This document shows, piece after piece, positions 51,501 through 62,549 of a DNA stretch of 64,000 nucleotides (positions are counted from its first letter, which is position 1; every line of letters begins with the position of its first letter). Both the position numbers and the translations under genes were made by a program. The stretch is taken from contig CAIIXF020000001.1 in assembly GCA_903813345.2 (NCBI GenBank), forward strand, positions 6,386,001-6,450,000. The letters are read 5' to 3'. The notes under the pieces are model-generated. The model was not told where the DNA came from. It saw only the letters and a list, made by a program, of their open reading frames with translations, and searched no databases. The stretch is from Owenia fusiformis (taxonomy: Eukaryota).

Positions 51501-54500
51501 AACGACTCTGCAAGATCATATAATGTCTTTTGAGCTGTTTCCTTCAAACATGATTTTTAGATCAAAGCAACTAAAGCAAATGACCCAGAGCAGAGATCTG
51601 AATGATTATTTTCCGAGCTTTAAAGAAAGGTGAATTTCCTCGTAAGAAAATAGATACCTGATCACAGTTACCAACAAGACCTTAACATATTGTGAGCGGT
51701 TGAGCTGGACATCCTGCCAAGCTTACTGATACAGATAGATATATGGCACATAGACCCGGAAGCTCACAATATCATGAGGTTTGGTTAGTACCCCTGCTGA
51801 TTATACAACTCAGAAGTAGTTTCAAAATAATCATTCAAATCACTGGGACCATATCACACTGATTTTAATAACACATAGTAAAAAGTTGTCACAAACATAA
51901 GCAAAATGGAAAAATTAACAGTTGAGGACATTTAAAGAGCGTCATGTTAAGGACACAAACAACAATAAAAATGCAATCAATAAATAAAATGATATCTTAA
52001 CCCCCTGAACGATACATCTTAAATAATCAATGTATCTCAACTCCCTAAATAATACATCTCAAATCCCTGAATGATATACCTTAACCCCCTAAATGATACA
52101 TCTTAACATCTTAAATAATAATTAATGTATCTCAACTCCCTAAATAATACATATCAAATCCCTGAATGATATATCTTAACCCCCTGATTGATACATCTTG
52201 ACATCTTAAATAATAATTAATGTATCTCAACTCCCTAAATAATACATATCAAATCCCTGAATGATATATCTCAACTCCATGAATGATATTTCCCAACCCC
52301 CTGAATGATATTTCTCAACCCCCTGAATAATACATTTCAACCCCATGATTGATATTTCTGAACACTCTGAAGGATATATCTTAACCCCCTAAATAAGACA
52401 TTTCAAATCCCAGTATGATATATCTCGATCCCCTGAATGATATTTCTCAACCCCCTGGACATAATGTCTTAACCCTTTAGATAATGTATCTCAACACTCT
52501 GAATGATATATCTTAATCCCCTAAATAATGTATTCAACCCCCTGAATGTTATATCTTAACTCCCCAAATATTGTATCTTGACATTCTAAATAATGAACCT
52601 TACTCCCCTAAAAATAATGTAAAACAACCCCCTTAATGATATTTCCCAACCCCCTGAATGGTATTAACCCCCTATATAACTCAAGGCCCTGAATGATATA
52701 TCTCAACCCTCTAAATAATGCATAGCAACCCCCTGAATCATATATCTCAACCCTCTAAATAATGCATAGCAACCCCCTTAATGATATTTCTCAACCTCCT
52801 GAATGATATCAACCCCTTATATAATTCATCTCAACCCCCTTAATGATATATCTCAACCCTGTGGATGATATAAACCCACTGGTTCATTTACCTCAACCCA
52901 CATGCAACATCTCTTCTCCCTACCTTCTTAGCTCCTCCCCCTGGAGAGTGTTTAGTATTCTCCTTGGAGCCAATCTTAGACTTTGCGTCCCAGCTAAGTC
53001 TCTTGCTATCAATCTAGTGTGATTATATATACAGAAGTACAGTATATTGGATATAATAATAGAGATATCTGGTCCATCAAACTAGAATATCATACTTGCC
53101 AACATTCAATCTGGAGAATTCCAAATAGTTTACGAAATGTAGCATCTAAGTTTTGTTTGTTTTTTGTTTTTGTTTGTTTGTATGTTTGTTTGTCCATTTG
53201 ATTCGTAAATGAGCCTGTATATAGCTCTATTGTATACTATATTTCAGAGAGTAATTAAGTAGGTTTTTATTCTCACATCATCATTGCAACACTTTGATAT
53301 CTGCATAGTTTACGATCTTTTACAGGCCATTTGCTTTCAAAAAGTAGCTTTCAACAAGCTGACTGTAAGGATGGTACTTTTGAAATAACAATCGCTTCTT
53401 ATTGGATAGAAATGTTTGAATGTTGGCAGGTTAACAATATCATATAGTAAAAGATATCACACAAAGAAAGATGATTAAAAAACAAATCTATGAAAACAAG
53501 TGCTTCATTTCAGTAAAAGATAAGTTGAATTGTTACTCAACTCAGAGCTTCTTAGTATTAAATATTTAAATAATTTTACTGAGATGAACTAAGCACAACA
53601 CTCTAAGAAAAGGTGCCCTCTATCAGAATGATAGTTAATCTAGATAATTTATACTAATTTAGGCTCTGTGTACTAAATGTGATACAACAGTATAAATTCT
53701 ACTGCAAAGGGAGAAGGTTAATATGTAAAGGTTCATTAAGTACTCGGAGGTATTGGATAAAGGGTTTATCTCGAGGGATATTTCTGTATTAGATGCCCTG
53801 ATATTTCAAGAAGGACATCTCAATTTGGTCCTTCAGCAGGGAGATATAATAATATCCCACGGGATAAACCCTATATCCAAAGCCTCCCGTTACATAACCC
53901 TTATATTCAAACTATTGGCCGTGCCCCTATGAGTAAATGCAGTGATCAGGATAATGAAATAACAACACACTAAACCAGGGCTTTTCAAAAGTGCCCATGA
54001 TTTATCTAATGAGAAAGTGAGTAAAACTATTATTTTATAAAATATGAGTCAAAATCCATCATTCCATCAGGTCAAATGTATTTGGGTCTGTTTCACTTAA
54101 GTCAATATTCTCATCAAGTCCCTTATAAGTTAGCTTACCCAAGTTGTCTATGGTGGCTTGGCAATTGTAACCCATGCAATGTCACTCAACAACAGGCTAT
54201 TATTCTCACCTTTTTATCTCCACCACCAGGCTTGTGTGTCGCATTGTCTTTAGAGCCACATTTACTTTGCACTTTGCTGACATCTACCTTCTTGCTTTCA
54301 ATCTTCACCTGAAACAGAATAAGATTTCAGTGAAGACACAAACACAACATTAAATAATAATAGAGGCATGGGAAAATAAATGGGGATAATCCTCGAGCTC
54401 AAAAGTTTGAACACCATACAAAAAGAGTGTTAATGGGTAAGTGTTCATTATTATACAAATAATGACTGTCATTGAGGGCAATAGTGTAAATTATTTCCCC

Positions 54501-57500
54501 CAGGGAATATTCTCTTAAATATACTATTCCCGAAGCCGCAGATGGTATTTAGCTAAAGAAAACATATTTCAAACATGATGTATAAAATTGATTTCAACAG
54601 TTAATTCAATAATTAGGGTAACGAATCAGGAGTAATCATTAGAGAATGACTTGTATCATAAACTAAATATGTGTGTTACTAATCTTGGATCACTTAAATC
54701 AAAAATAAATATATGAGAGCTATATTATCATCACATTCTTTATAGCATTAGTATATCTTATTGAATAGTAGTATAAATATTACCAAACTGACCACTTGCA
54801 GCTGTCAATGTGATTAAGGTCATTAATGACAGGTGATAAGATACTGAGGCATCTTTACTACCAACGCACTATGTTACTACTAATACAGAAATTGTACTTA
54901 AATGTGTTCCCTTACAGGCTTCATCATGATTTATAAGAAATATGGCAACATCTGAATAACTTTTCAAAACAAAACTTGTGCAAAATGGACCTCTAAATGC
55001 GCTCCTTAGTGATTTTCAAATTGTATAATGTCTTGAAAAAAAAAAAACTTTTTTCTTTGAACTTACAAAACAATTATTTACCCCATTACCATTTGTACGC
55101 CTAGGTTAATTAGAAAATGGGTAAACTGTAAACTTTGATTTCATCTATGATCTCATTGAACATTGAGCTCTTTCGTTTAGAGATGAGGTATACAATTTTT
55201 CCAGTCCCTCTATCCATAGAAGGGTCAACAACTAGTACTGAGTGTGCACTTTCTGGATAATGTTTCATCTGAAAAATATGTAGATGGTACCAACTTACAT
55301 TGCCACCTCCTGGGGTATGCTTGGCATTGTCCAATGAGCCTATTTTGGACCTTGGGGTGGTGGCCTTTCTTGGACTGGTAGCCTGGAACAAAGAAAAAAA
55401 ACATTGCAATGATGGCCGCAAGTTGATTGATTTCAAAAACTGAAAGGCAATTCTGTACTTGAAAGATCAAAAGTGTTAACTGTGACACTTCTTTACTTCC
55501 AGATCTTACTGATGACCAAAAGCGTTGCACGTTGATGTCTTGGAAAATCTGAATTAGATATCATCGGCCTCTTAATTCAAATGGAAATCTCAAGTTTTAC
55601 CTTGACAAAGTAAGGTCAAAGGATCAGAAAAATGCAATACAAAATACACCTACAGAAGGAGTAATATCAACAGCAAAAACTAAACCCTTCATATCTTATC
55701 AATATTTATTATGTATTAGATAAAGTGATAATCTCAAAGAGAACTTGGCCCTACCTTCTTGCCAGATCCCCCATCATCTATCCCACTGTCTGATGATGTA
55801 TCTAAAATGGTAAACAACATTCTGTTGATAGAGTTTAGATAAGAGATGAATAAGGAGAAATATTTCTTTATCTTAAATTCACTTCAGTAAAATTAGAAAT
55901 GTAAATCTTTAAATAATTAAAGATGCTCTACTTTAAATTCATTTGTTGAACATTACGTATCATCTCATGACAAATTGTCAAATTTAAAAGTTAAATCCCC
56001 AGAATACAGTATAGGAAACTGAGACTTGAGGATGAAAGTTGTTTGTCCTTAACATAGCATTCTCTGAACACAAGACGTTGTAATAGATGTATATGTGCAA
56101 TCCATGCAACTACAATAAAAATGATTAAAGATGATTAAAAATAAATATTCATTTATCATGTGATAAGTATCATTTATCATGTGATAAGTATTGTGCAAAC
56201 TACAACATGCAATGTAACTACAGTACTACATATACAGTGTATATATTTATTCATTGGAACATTTTACAACATGCATGTTTATCGAAAATATCTTGTGTAT
56301 ATTATCTATATGTTTGAAGGTGCATAATAAAAGAAAAATAAGGGCAATGTGAATGATGGTTAAATGATAAATACAGCTATATGTAAATATTATCATAGAG
56401 GAATAAATAATTATACTGTTTTTACTACATGTCATTGATTGGACCAAAATGTATATATTATTAATTTAAAATATAAGGTAAGAGATGCTAAATAATTTGT
56501 AATCATGGCCTAATATTTACTTTCCATGGGAATCTTTTGAGTTGGAATAATACTGGAATAGTACATGCACAATGATCATCAAATAAATAAAAAAAATTAA
56601 TAAATAAAATGTCTAAATCAATGACGCAAAAACAAAACATAAATTAACCTAGGAACACTAGATCAATATATCCTATATAAAAGCAGTAGCCATATTTGTA
56701 ATGAGCATAAAATAATTAATACTGGGTCATGGATCGATATGAAATTATATGAAGTGCACCATAATAATAACAAACGCATGTGTTTTAGCTATCCCTTTAT
56801 GGCAATATGCCATCTCTCGCATATTTTAGGTTATATATTCCCTGGAGTAAATCTTGCACCTGTTAACAAATGCATTTGGAATCACCTTTTGTGAGTCCAT
56901 TAAAAACAAAATTTGTTTCTATAGTATGAATATATTGTTCAAAATATGCTTTAAAGCAGGGATGTTTATATAGACATCCTTGTTTCAAGAAAGGCAGTTG
57001 TTTAGACCTAATATTTTCCAGAAATGGAGAGGATTAACTCATGAAAATTTTCAATTTATCATAGAGTAAGTAAGTAAGTAAGGTATTTATTCAATTTATC
57101 GTAGAAACCTATGCCCCAATCAGAAACTTTGGGGACTTCAACCTCAGAATCAACACCAAATGAATTTTTACCATCCAGGGGCCTACTATTATACTGTTCA
57201 TAGTAATGAATGTTCATAAGTCCATTGTTAAATTTAGGAATTGTGAATGTTCGAACAGCCCCTAGCTAAATATATTGTTATAAAATCAACAACAGAAGTT
57301 TGATTCTTATTGTTCAAATTATCATAATTAATCATTCATAAAGTAATTCCATACCCCAGCTTGTGGACTTTTCTGAATTATATTACCAAAGCATTGAATG
57401 TAGTCCCAGGATAAGTGAACTTATGAATCTCTTCAACTGAACATTATGTCACATACAGATGTGGAACCTCACACATATTTAATCCTAAATTAACACACTA

Positions 57501-60500
57501 AATAATTATATGTCCTGAATTTAGAAATTATTTAATATTATTTTTTCAAGTTTTCCTCAAGTTATAACATGACTGGATAAGTCATTAAATCAAACCATTT
57601 TCAGTTCTGCCATTTTGACATAAACAAACCTATTTGAATAATGCTCAACTTACCTTTGTGATCTTTATTCATCTTTTGAAGTAGCTACATCTATGCAATA
57701 TTATCCTTATAACGATGATTTTCTTAATCAGATCAATTATATAAATAATTCAAAATGTTTTCAGTATTGGACTTACCAACCATTGAACCATAACTGATTA
57801 TTTTTACAATTGATTTAGGAAAACATATGTTTTCCTTTCCCATTTATATCGTGAAAGAAAATGCCTGAGATGTGTGAATTGCTTTCTTTATTATAATGTT
57901 CCCCAGGGTCATATATCTCTCCCAGCTGAAAATCTCACTCTATTATCACATTAGTAATCCATACAATTCCTCTCAAGATCAAGTGTCTTTTTTCCTGTGT
58001 TCCAATATAATTTGAATTATAAATTCCACACCTAAGTTATACTTCAAACCTGGATATAGTTTCACTCTTAACTCAGTTTTGAATTTCAAAACTAAGCAGT
58101 AGAACTTTTTATCCCTAGTTCTATAATATATTTCTGCAGGCAAGGCTTTGATTGCCTTCAACTTCTATACAGTTGCCATGGCAACCAGGTAAACAGACTC
58201 AGGAAATTGACAGGTTAATTCCTTAGATGTAATTTATTATCAAAGTAATGATAAGGATATAATTAATATCAACTAAAATCGAATGAAAAATACTTCAAAA
58301 ATAATCAGGAAATCAGACAGAAAAATTAATACCCGTATCTTTAAATCAATTTAAGAATTGAATTAAGGTCATTTGTTGATGTGCAACCTAGATTGTGTAC
58401 CCATATGGAATAAGATATGATGTGCAAATCTTTAATATGTGTAGCATGCTGTTAGATTGACTGCTATATTCTAAACAAAATCAAATTTAATCATACATAA
58501 ATCAAAATTTGACAATCATTTTTAATAAAATGTTTTTTTTCATTTTACATGTTCAGTAAATGATTCTATTGTCAAATTCTGACTTGTTAGTTTGAAATTC
58601 AATGTGTATCATTTATAATGCAATAAACTCAGTACAACTGGCTCAGTATTAAAAATAATATATTTGGAAGATTTTCCACGAGTAGTGATGACTCAAGGTG
58701 CATTTGATATTACTCTTTTGTGACAGTATTTCCCTTGGGGGTTAACAAGATAACATCAAAACACCTGACCTGCCAAGTTGACCTCATAGTCATATTTTTG
58801 GCCATTTATCAATTACATTTTGGCTATATGTCAATTAGATCATTCTTAAATGATACACATGAATTTTGAATACAACTTCAAAAGCAATATCAAATAAAAA
58901 TAAAAAATCAGGATGGTGCACTAAAATATGAATCTGAAACAGAATGTGAAGCACATGCATAAATGTGAAACAAAATGTGAAACATGCAGTGTACAATATC
59001 TATGTAGCAGTTGCACCTTGTTTTCTGGGAGTTGCAGGTTTAGCTGGTGCAGTTGAAGGTCTACTAATCGTTCTTGTTGTTGTTGTTTTAATTGTTGTTG
59101 TTGCTGACTTTGTTCTCTCCCGAGGGGTGCTGTTTGTGGTCCTAGATGCCACACTGACCCCACTTGTTGTAGTACTAGATTTAACACTTGGGGACTTGAG
59201 TTTTGACTTTGTGGTGGTTGCAGGGGCGGTAGAGGGTCGGGGGGTTTTTGGACTCTCTTTGTCTTTGGGAGTAGATTTTGGGCTTGATGGAATTTTAGAG
59301 CTAGTGATCTTACGTGGACTACCTGTATGAGTTATCACCTGGGACTTAGGAGATTCTGTCTTTTTAGGGCTCGAGGGAGCACTTGTTTTTCTGGGACTCG
59401 AAGGAGCACTTGTTTTTCTGGGACTCGAAGGAGCACTTGTTTTACTGGGACTCGATGGAGCTTTTATTTTTTCAGGACTTTTTGATTTTGATTCAATAAT
59501 TTTGTCAGGGGTAGGTTGTTTGATTGGTTTCGTTTCGGTTTCGTTTAAATTTGGGGGAGTTTGATTTATCTGGACATCCTCTAGTTTAGGGGGTGGTGGC
59601 AGTTCCACATCTGACTCGGGAGAGATACTAACCATGGATTCAATTTGATCTGAATGAGTTTCAATGGTGGTTATAGTTTCAAAGGTTGAATTAGCATTTC
59701 TTTCAATGGCTGAAACTGTATTTGCTTCTCTTGTGTTATTTGTTTCAACTGTTGTGTTTTCTACAGATGTGCTAGTAGATTCAACAACAACAGACCCCCC
59801 AAGTAAATCTGGTAAAGATGGCATTGTATTCTCTTTATCGTGATCTGGGTCCACTGGAGCAACATATGGTTCAAATAAGTCATTAGGGGCTGCAAATGGT
59901 TCAAATGTGGATACATCTGGATTTTCAATATTACCTTGTGGAACAACTTGGTCTTCAATGGTTTCAGGGGCACTGGGCATAGAAAATGGATCAAAGTCAC
60001 TGAATTGAGACTGGGGAGGGTTTGTGTTTATGTCTTGTCTGTTATCAATGGGGGCTTGTGGTTGAGCATTATCAGAGAGTGCCTCGAGGTCAATCAGGGT
60101 GGTGGCATCTGTAGCGGGTTGCCCAGTATCATGATTAAGCTCAAAGCTAGCTGACTCAGGATTAGCCGCCTCCTGGCTGGGTGGCTCAAGGCTTGTCGGT
60201 TCTGACATTAACCCAGACATAGTAAATTGTCCACTCAAGTATGCACTATCGGCCGTGCCTGGGGGTGACTGGAAAGGTTCTGAACTCAATGGAGGAGCAT
60301 TCAGGTCAAAGTTCAGTAAATCATTTGCTGTTGCAGGTTGTTGTTTATTCGGTATCTCTGATAGACCATTTGTAAATGGATTTGTGGAATTATTTGAGAA
60401 GGGATTTGTTGAGGCATAATCACCATTCATGACTGGTGGTGAGACCATCACACCTTCATCTGTGCTGACATCTCCATTAATCTTATTCTCATCTAAAAGT

Positions 60501-60645
60501 ACATTGATGGACAGACCAAATACAATAAGGTTTTCAATATCATATGTAGACCTGCTAGAGACATAAAATAAGAATATACAGTAATCAAATGTAATACAAA
60601 ATAACATTAAATTATGAACAATTGCATGTATGTTATACCTGTCAT
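39534..60645 (-). CDS. tau: Tau/MAP2/MAP4-family microtubule-associated protein; long isoform ~978 aa with 15 repeats and a canonical tau-like C-terminus
   Basis: Exons: 60645-60639 (ATG ACA G; start inferred), 60492-59017 (projection + Pro/Ser/Thr-rich region; weak GTGCAA donor), 55801-55755, 55382-55299, 54308-54210 ([18 protein letters not shown]), 53013-52924, 51442-51353, 50686-50597, 50047-49964, 49625-49542, 47372-47289, 46584-46495, 46128-46039, 45568-45479, 43629-43444 (2 repeats), 42292-42203 ([14 protein letters not shown]), 41874-41785, 39599-39534 ([21 protein letters not shown], cf. tau IETHKLTFRENAKAKTDHG). All repeat exons are phase 0. Confidence 0.88.
40563..41246 (-). CDS. 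Alternative terminal exon of the tau-like gene encoding 6 further microtubule-binding repeats plus a degenerate seventh
   Basis: Acceptor tttttcttcag|ATATTT in phase 0; 227 codons with six K(I/V)GS(L/M)(D/E)N..H..xGG units; AATAAA (minus strand) at 40344-40349. Confidence 0.8.
   Translation of the reverse strand: MFSVPLKWSTSSKIGSLENLVHAPGGGHVAIQKLKLMWKALPKVGSLDNVKHIPGGGDKIIEDSPLKLNATSKVGSLDNIDHVPFGGDKKIETVPLNWQAKSKVGSMENIYHISKGGDVVIPNEKLEWNAWSKVGSLENISHKPQGGFAPIYNKITKWKKLSKVGSLDNTSHTPRGGDVKIIDEKPIWCAGLRAGSSQDNFTKKSRRLLTPIQSARPRANSEPFSTT
43763..43915. mobile_element. CCGTATT-terminus (pogo/Tc1-like) MITE with a degenerate right end
   Basis: ta|ccgtattcactgttattaccgccc ... gggcggtaatagag. Confidence 0.45.
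44342..44542. mobile_element. CCGTATT-terminus (pogo/Tc1-like) MITE, TA TSD
   Basis: ta|ccgtattctct ... agagaatacgg|ta. Confidence 0.65.
44984..45137. mobile_element. Degenerate copy of the MITE at 9048-9225
   Basis: cagtaaatctgtcaagtggaacacc ... tattccactcatacacagatcctactg. Confidence 0.55.
47631..49355. mobile_element. 1.7-kb non-autonomous element with CAGG..CCTG termini, 5-bp TSD and an internal ~300-bp G-tract-rich tandem array
   Basis: gctct|caggcccgta ... gacggccctg|gctct; unit marker agaaaattttacaattttaagatgctatttggtgctttctgggcac at ~47840, 48290, 48563, 48866, 49175. Confidence 0.75.
51600..51838. mobile_element. Palindromic MITE-like element
   Basis: tgaatgattatttt ... aaaataatcattca; inner pair atattgtgagc / gctcacaatat. 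Confidence 0.5.
51985..52900. repeat. Degenerate ~22-bp minisatellite in a tau intron
   Basis: Consensus aaccccctgaatgatatatctc, with ~90-bp higher-order copies near 52020-52270. Confidence 0.85.
53740..53893. repeat. ~150-bp hairpin (MITE-like)
   Basis: ggaggtattggataaagggtttatctcgagggatatt ... aatatcccacgggataaaccctatatccaaagcctcc. Confidence 0.6.
57654..57690 (-). CDS. 37-nt alternative exon of the tau-like gene: internal start (MNKDHK, ATG at 57672) or poison exon
   Basis: tattgcatag|ATGTAGCTACTTCAAAAGATGAATAAAGATCACAAAG|gtaagt; ends in phase 1, matching exon 55801; a further GTAAGT donor lies at 57776, 86 nt upstream. Confidence 0.5.
58172..58185. promoter_or_regulatory. Perfect palindromic RFX X-box
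   Basis: GTTGCCATGGCAAC, ~400 bp upstream (minus-strand sense) of the donor at 57776. Confidence 0.6.
59357..59462 (-). repeat. Coding 27-bp tandem repeat (APSSP[S/R/K]KTS x4) in the tau proline-rich region
   Basis: [36 protein letters not shown] in the 59000-60607 ORF. Confidence 0.85.
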
Positions 60646-60788
60646 CTCTAAGGTAAGGTAGCTCAGTATAATCTGAAGAATAAACATCAATGTTAAATAT
60701 AAATAGAATGCCTTCGAATAATATTGTTGTACCACTTCAACAATAGGAATGAAGTATTGTACTCTGTTATACTATATGTTGTCCTTAA

Positions 60789-61389
60789 AGGGGTATTCCT
60801 TGCAAGACCATCTCTCTCCTAATATGGTAGCTGTAACCATATACATACTTTGAAAGTTCATCAAAAAACAGAAAAATGTTTTGAAATGGTCAATATTGAT
60901 CACTTAAAAATGTAGTGCTCAATTCCAGTAGGCTGCCATCTTTTAAAATTTCACTCAGGAAGTGATGTCATCGACTCTCAACTTTGCATATAACATTAGG
61001 TAAGGAGCTATTAGAATTACTAAACCAGCTGAATATTTTTTTCAATTTGGTCTATGATTAAAATCCTTTTGATGATCTCTTCTTTAGTTCTAAGTCGACA
61101 ACTCCTGAAAATATTTTTACATAGAAGATAAGGGCTTCTTGTTTAGAAGTGATTTTATACTTCTTTCCTATACTGTAATAGACAAGGTTATAACAGGTGA
61201 GAGTCGATGACATCACTTCCTGAAAGAAATCTGAAAAGATGGCAGCTTACTGGGAATGAGTACTACATTTTTAAATGATCAATATTGACCATATGAAAAC
61301 ATTTTCCCGTGTTTTGCTGAATATGTAAAGTATACATATGATTGTAGCTACCATATCAGGAGAGAAATAGTCTGGCAAGGAATGTTCCT
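60789..61389. mobile_element. Kolobok-like MITE with ~190-bp TIRs (TTAA TSD)
   Basis: ttaa|aggggtattccttgcaagac...caggaagtgatgtcatcgactctca ... tgagagtcgatgacatcacttcctg...gtctggcaaggaatgttcct|ttaa. Confidence 0.8.
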
Positions 61390-62182
61390 TTAAGTCCCCA
61401 GGTCAAACATCTTATGCCATGGACTTGTATATTGGAATGTTATGTAGATCTTTGTGACTTTTTGCTATTTCTTTTAAACCTACCAAGAAATAATAGTATG
61501 CAGCTCAAAACAAAATTATTTTCATTTCACGTTTTAAAGCCTCGAACTTGCACATCAATTTTGAGAAAATTCTAGTTTAAAAAGCAATAAAACTATAATT
61601 GCTCAGCGCATGTTTAATTGTTCAGGTAAATGGCTATAAAAAGGATAATTTAAAACAATTATATTGATTCTACAATGTTCATTTGTAAAACAATAAGTAC
61701 TCCTTAAAATTTCCTAACACATGCTTCACATAAAGGTCCCTATGAAAGTAGCTATGAAAGCAGTTTCAGTAGACAAGATCAATAGCCAATTCTGCTTAAC
61801 TGCTACATTTCCCTCAATAGTTAAAAAACAGTGTTCGTCCTCGATCAATTAAGTTCTCGATATTGCTTTTGAATCATCCTTTGAAATGAATGAGTTTATC
61901 TACCACACTATCTATATACTAGTACATATTATAAGGATGTTAGGATGTCTTTATAAACTAGATCTGCTTCCCTTGCAATGGAAAGATGCTTTCTATAAAA
62001 GAAGTAATATTGTTTTTTCTAAGATTACATGAACAGGCTCAATACATTTTGGCCAAAAAGTACATCAAAACTGATCCTCCATTTGATCACATGAGGCCAA
62101 TTTTAAATGACAGATCATACTTCTCAAGGCTATATTATATGGTAGAAGAATCCTGTGAATGTCTACTTCTTGCATACCAGTG

Positions 62183-62549
62183 CAGGCCTGTCAACTGTCC
62201 CGCAATTTGCGTATTTGTCACGCATTTGCTGAAGATTTTGAAGTCACGCCAGTTATTTTTGCGTGACAGAAAATGTCACGCAAATACGCATTTTACCTGG
62301 TATTTGTCAAGCACAAATATTTCTGTAGAAAAATTTCTAAAAAAGATCGTCTACACAGCAAAAATACGAACGTCGGAAAAAAATGTACGCATTTCGTTCG
62401 GACTTATCACGCGAATTACGTATATGTCACGCATTCTGTTCGAAATTTTTCGTACCTACCCCCCCCCCCACCCCACCTCCACATTTTGAGGGGAGGTGTT
62501 CAACATTTCCAAGTCACTCATGTTAGGTGTTCCCAAGTTGACAGGCCTG
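62183..62549. mobile_element. MITE with 14-bp perfect TIRs and 6-bp TSD
   Basis: ccagtg|caggcctgtcaact ... agttgacaggcctg|ccagtg. Confidence 0.8.

Noticed and set aside
58965-59330. Hydrophobic Val/Leu-rich plus-strand ORF resembling a membrane protein
   Set aside because: Antisense shadow of the Thr/Ser/Lys-rich tau exon.
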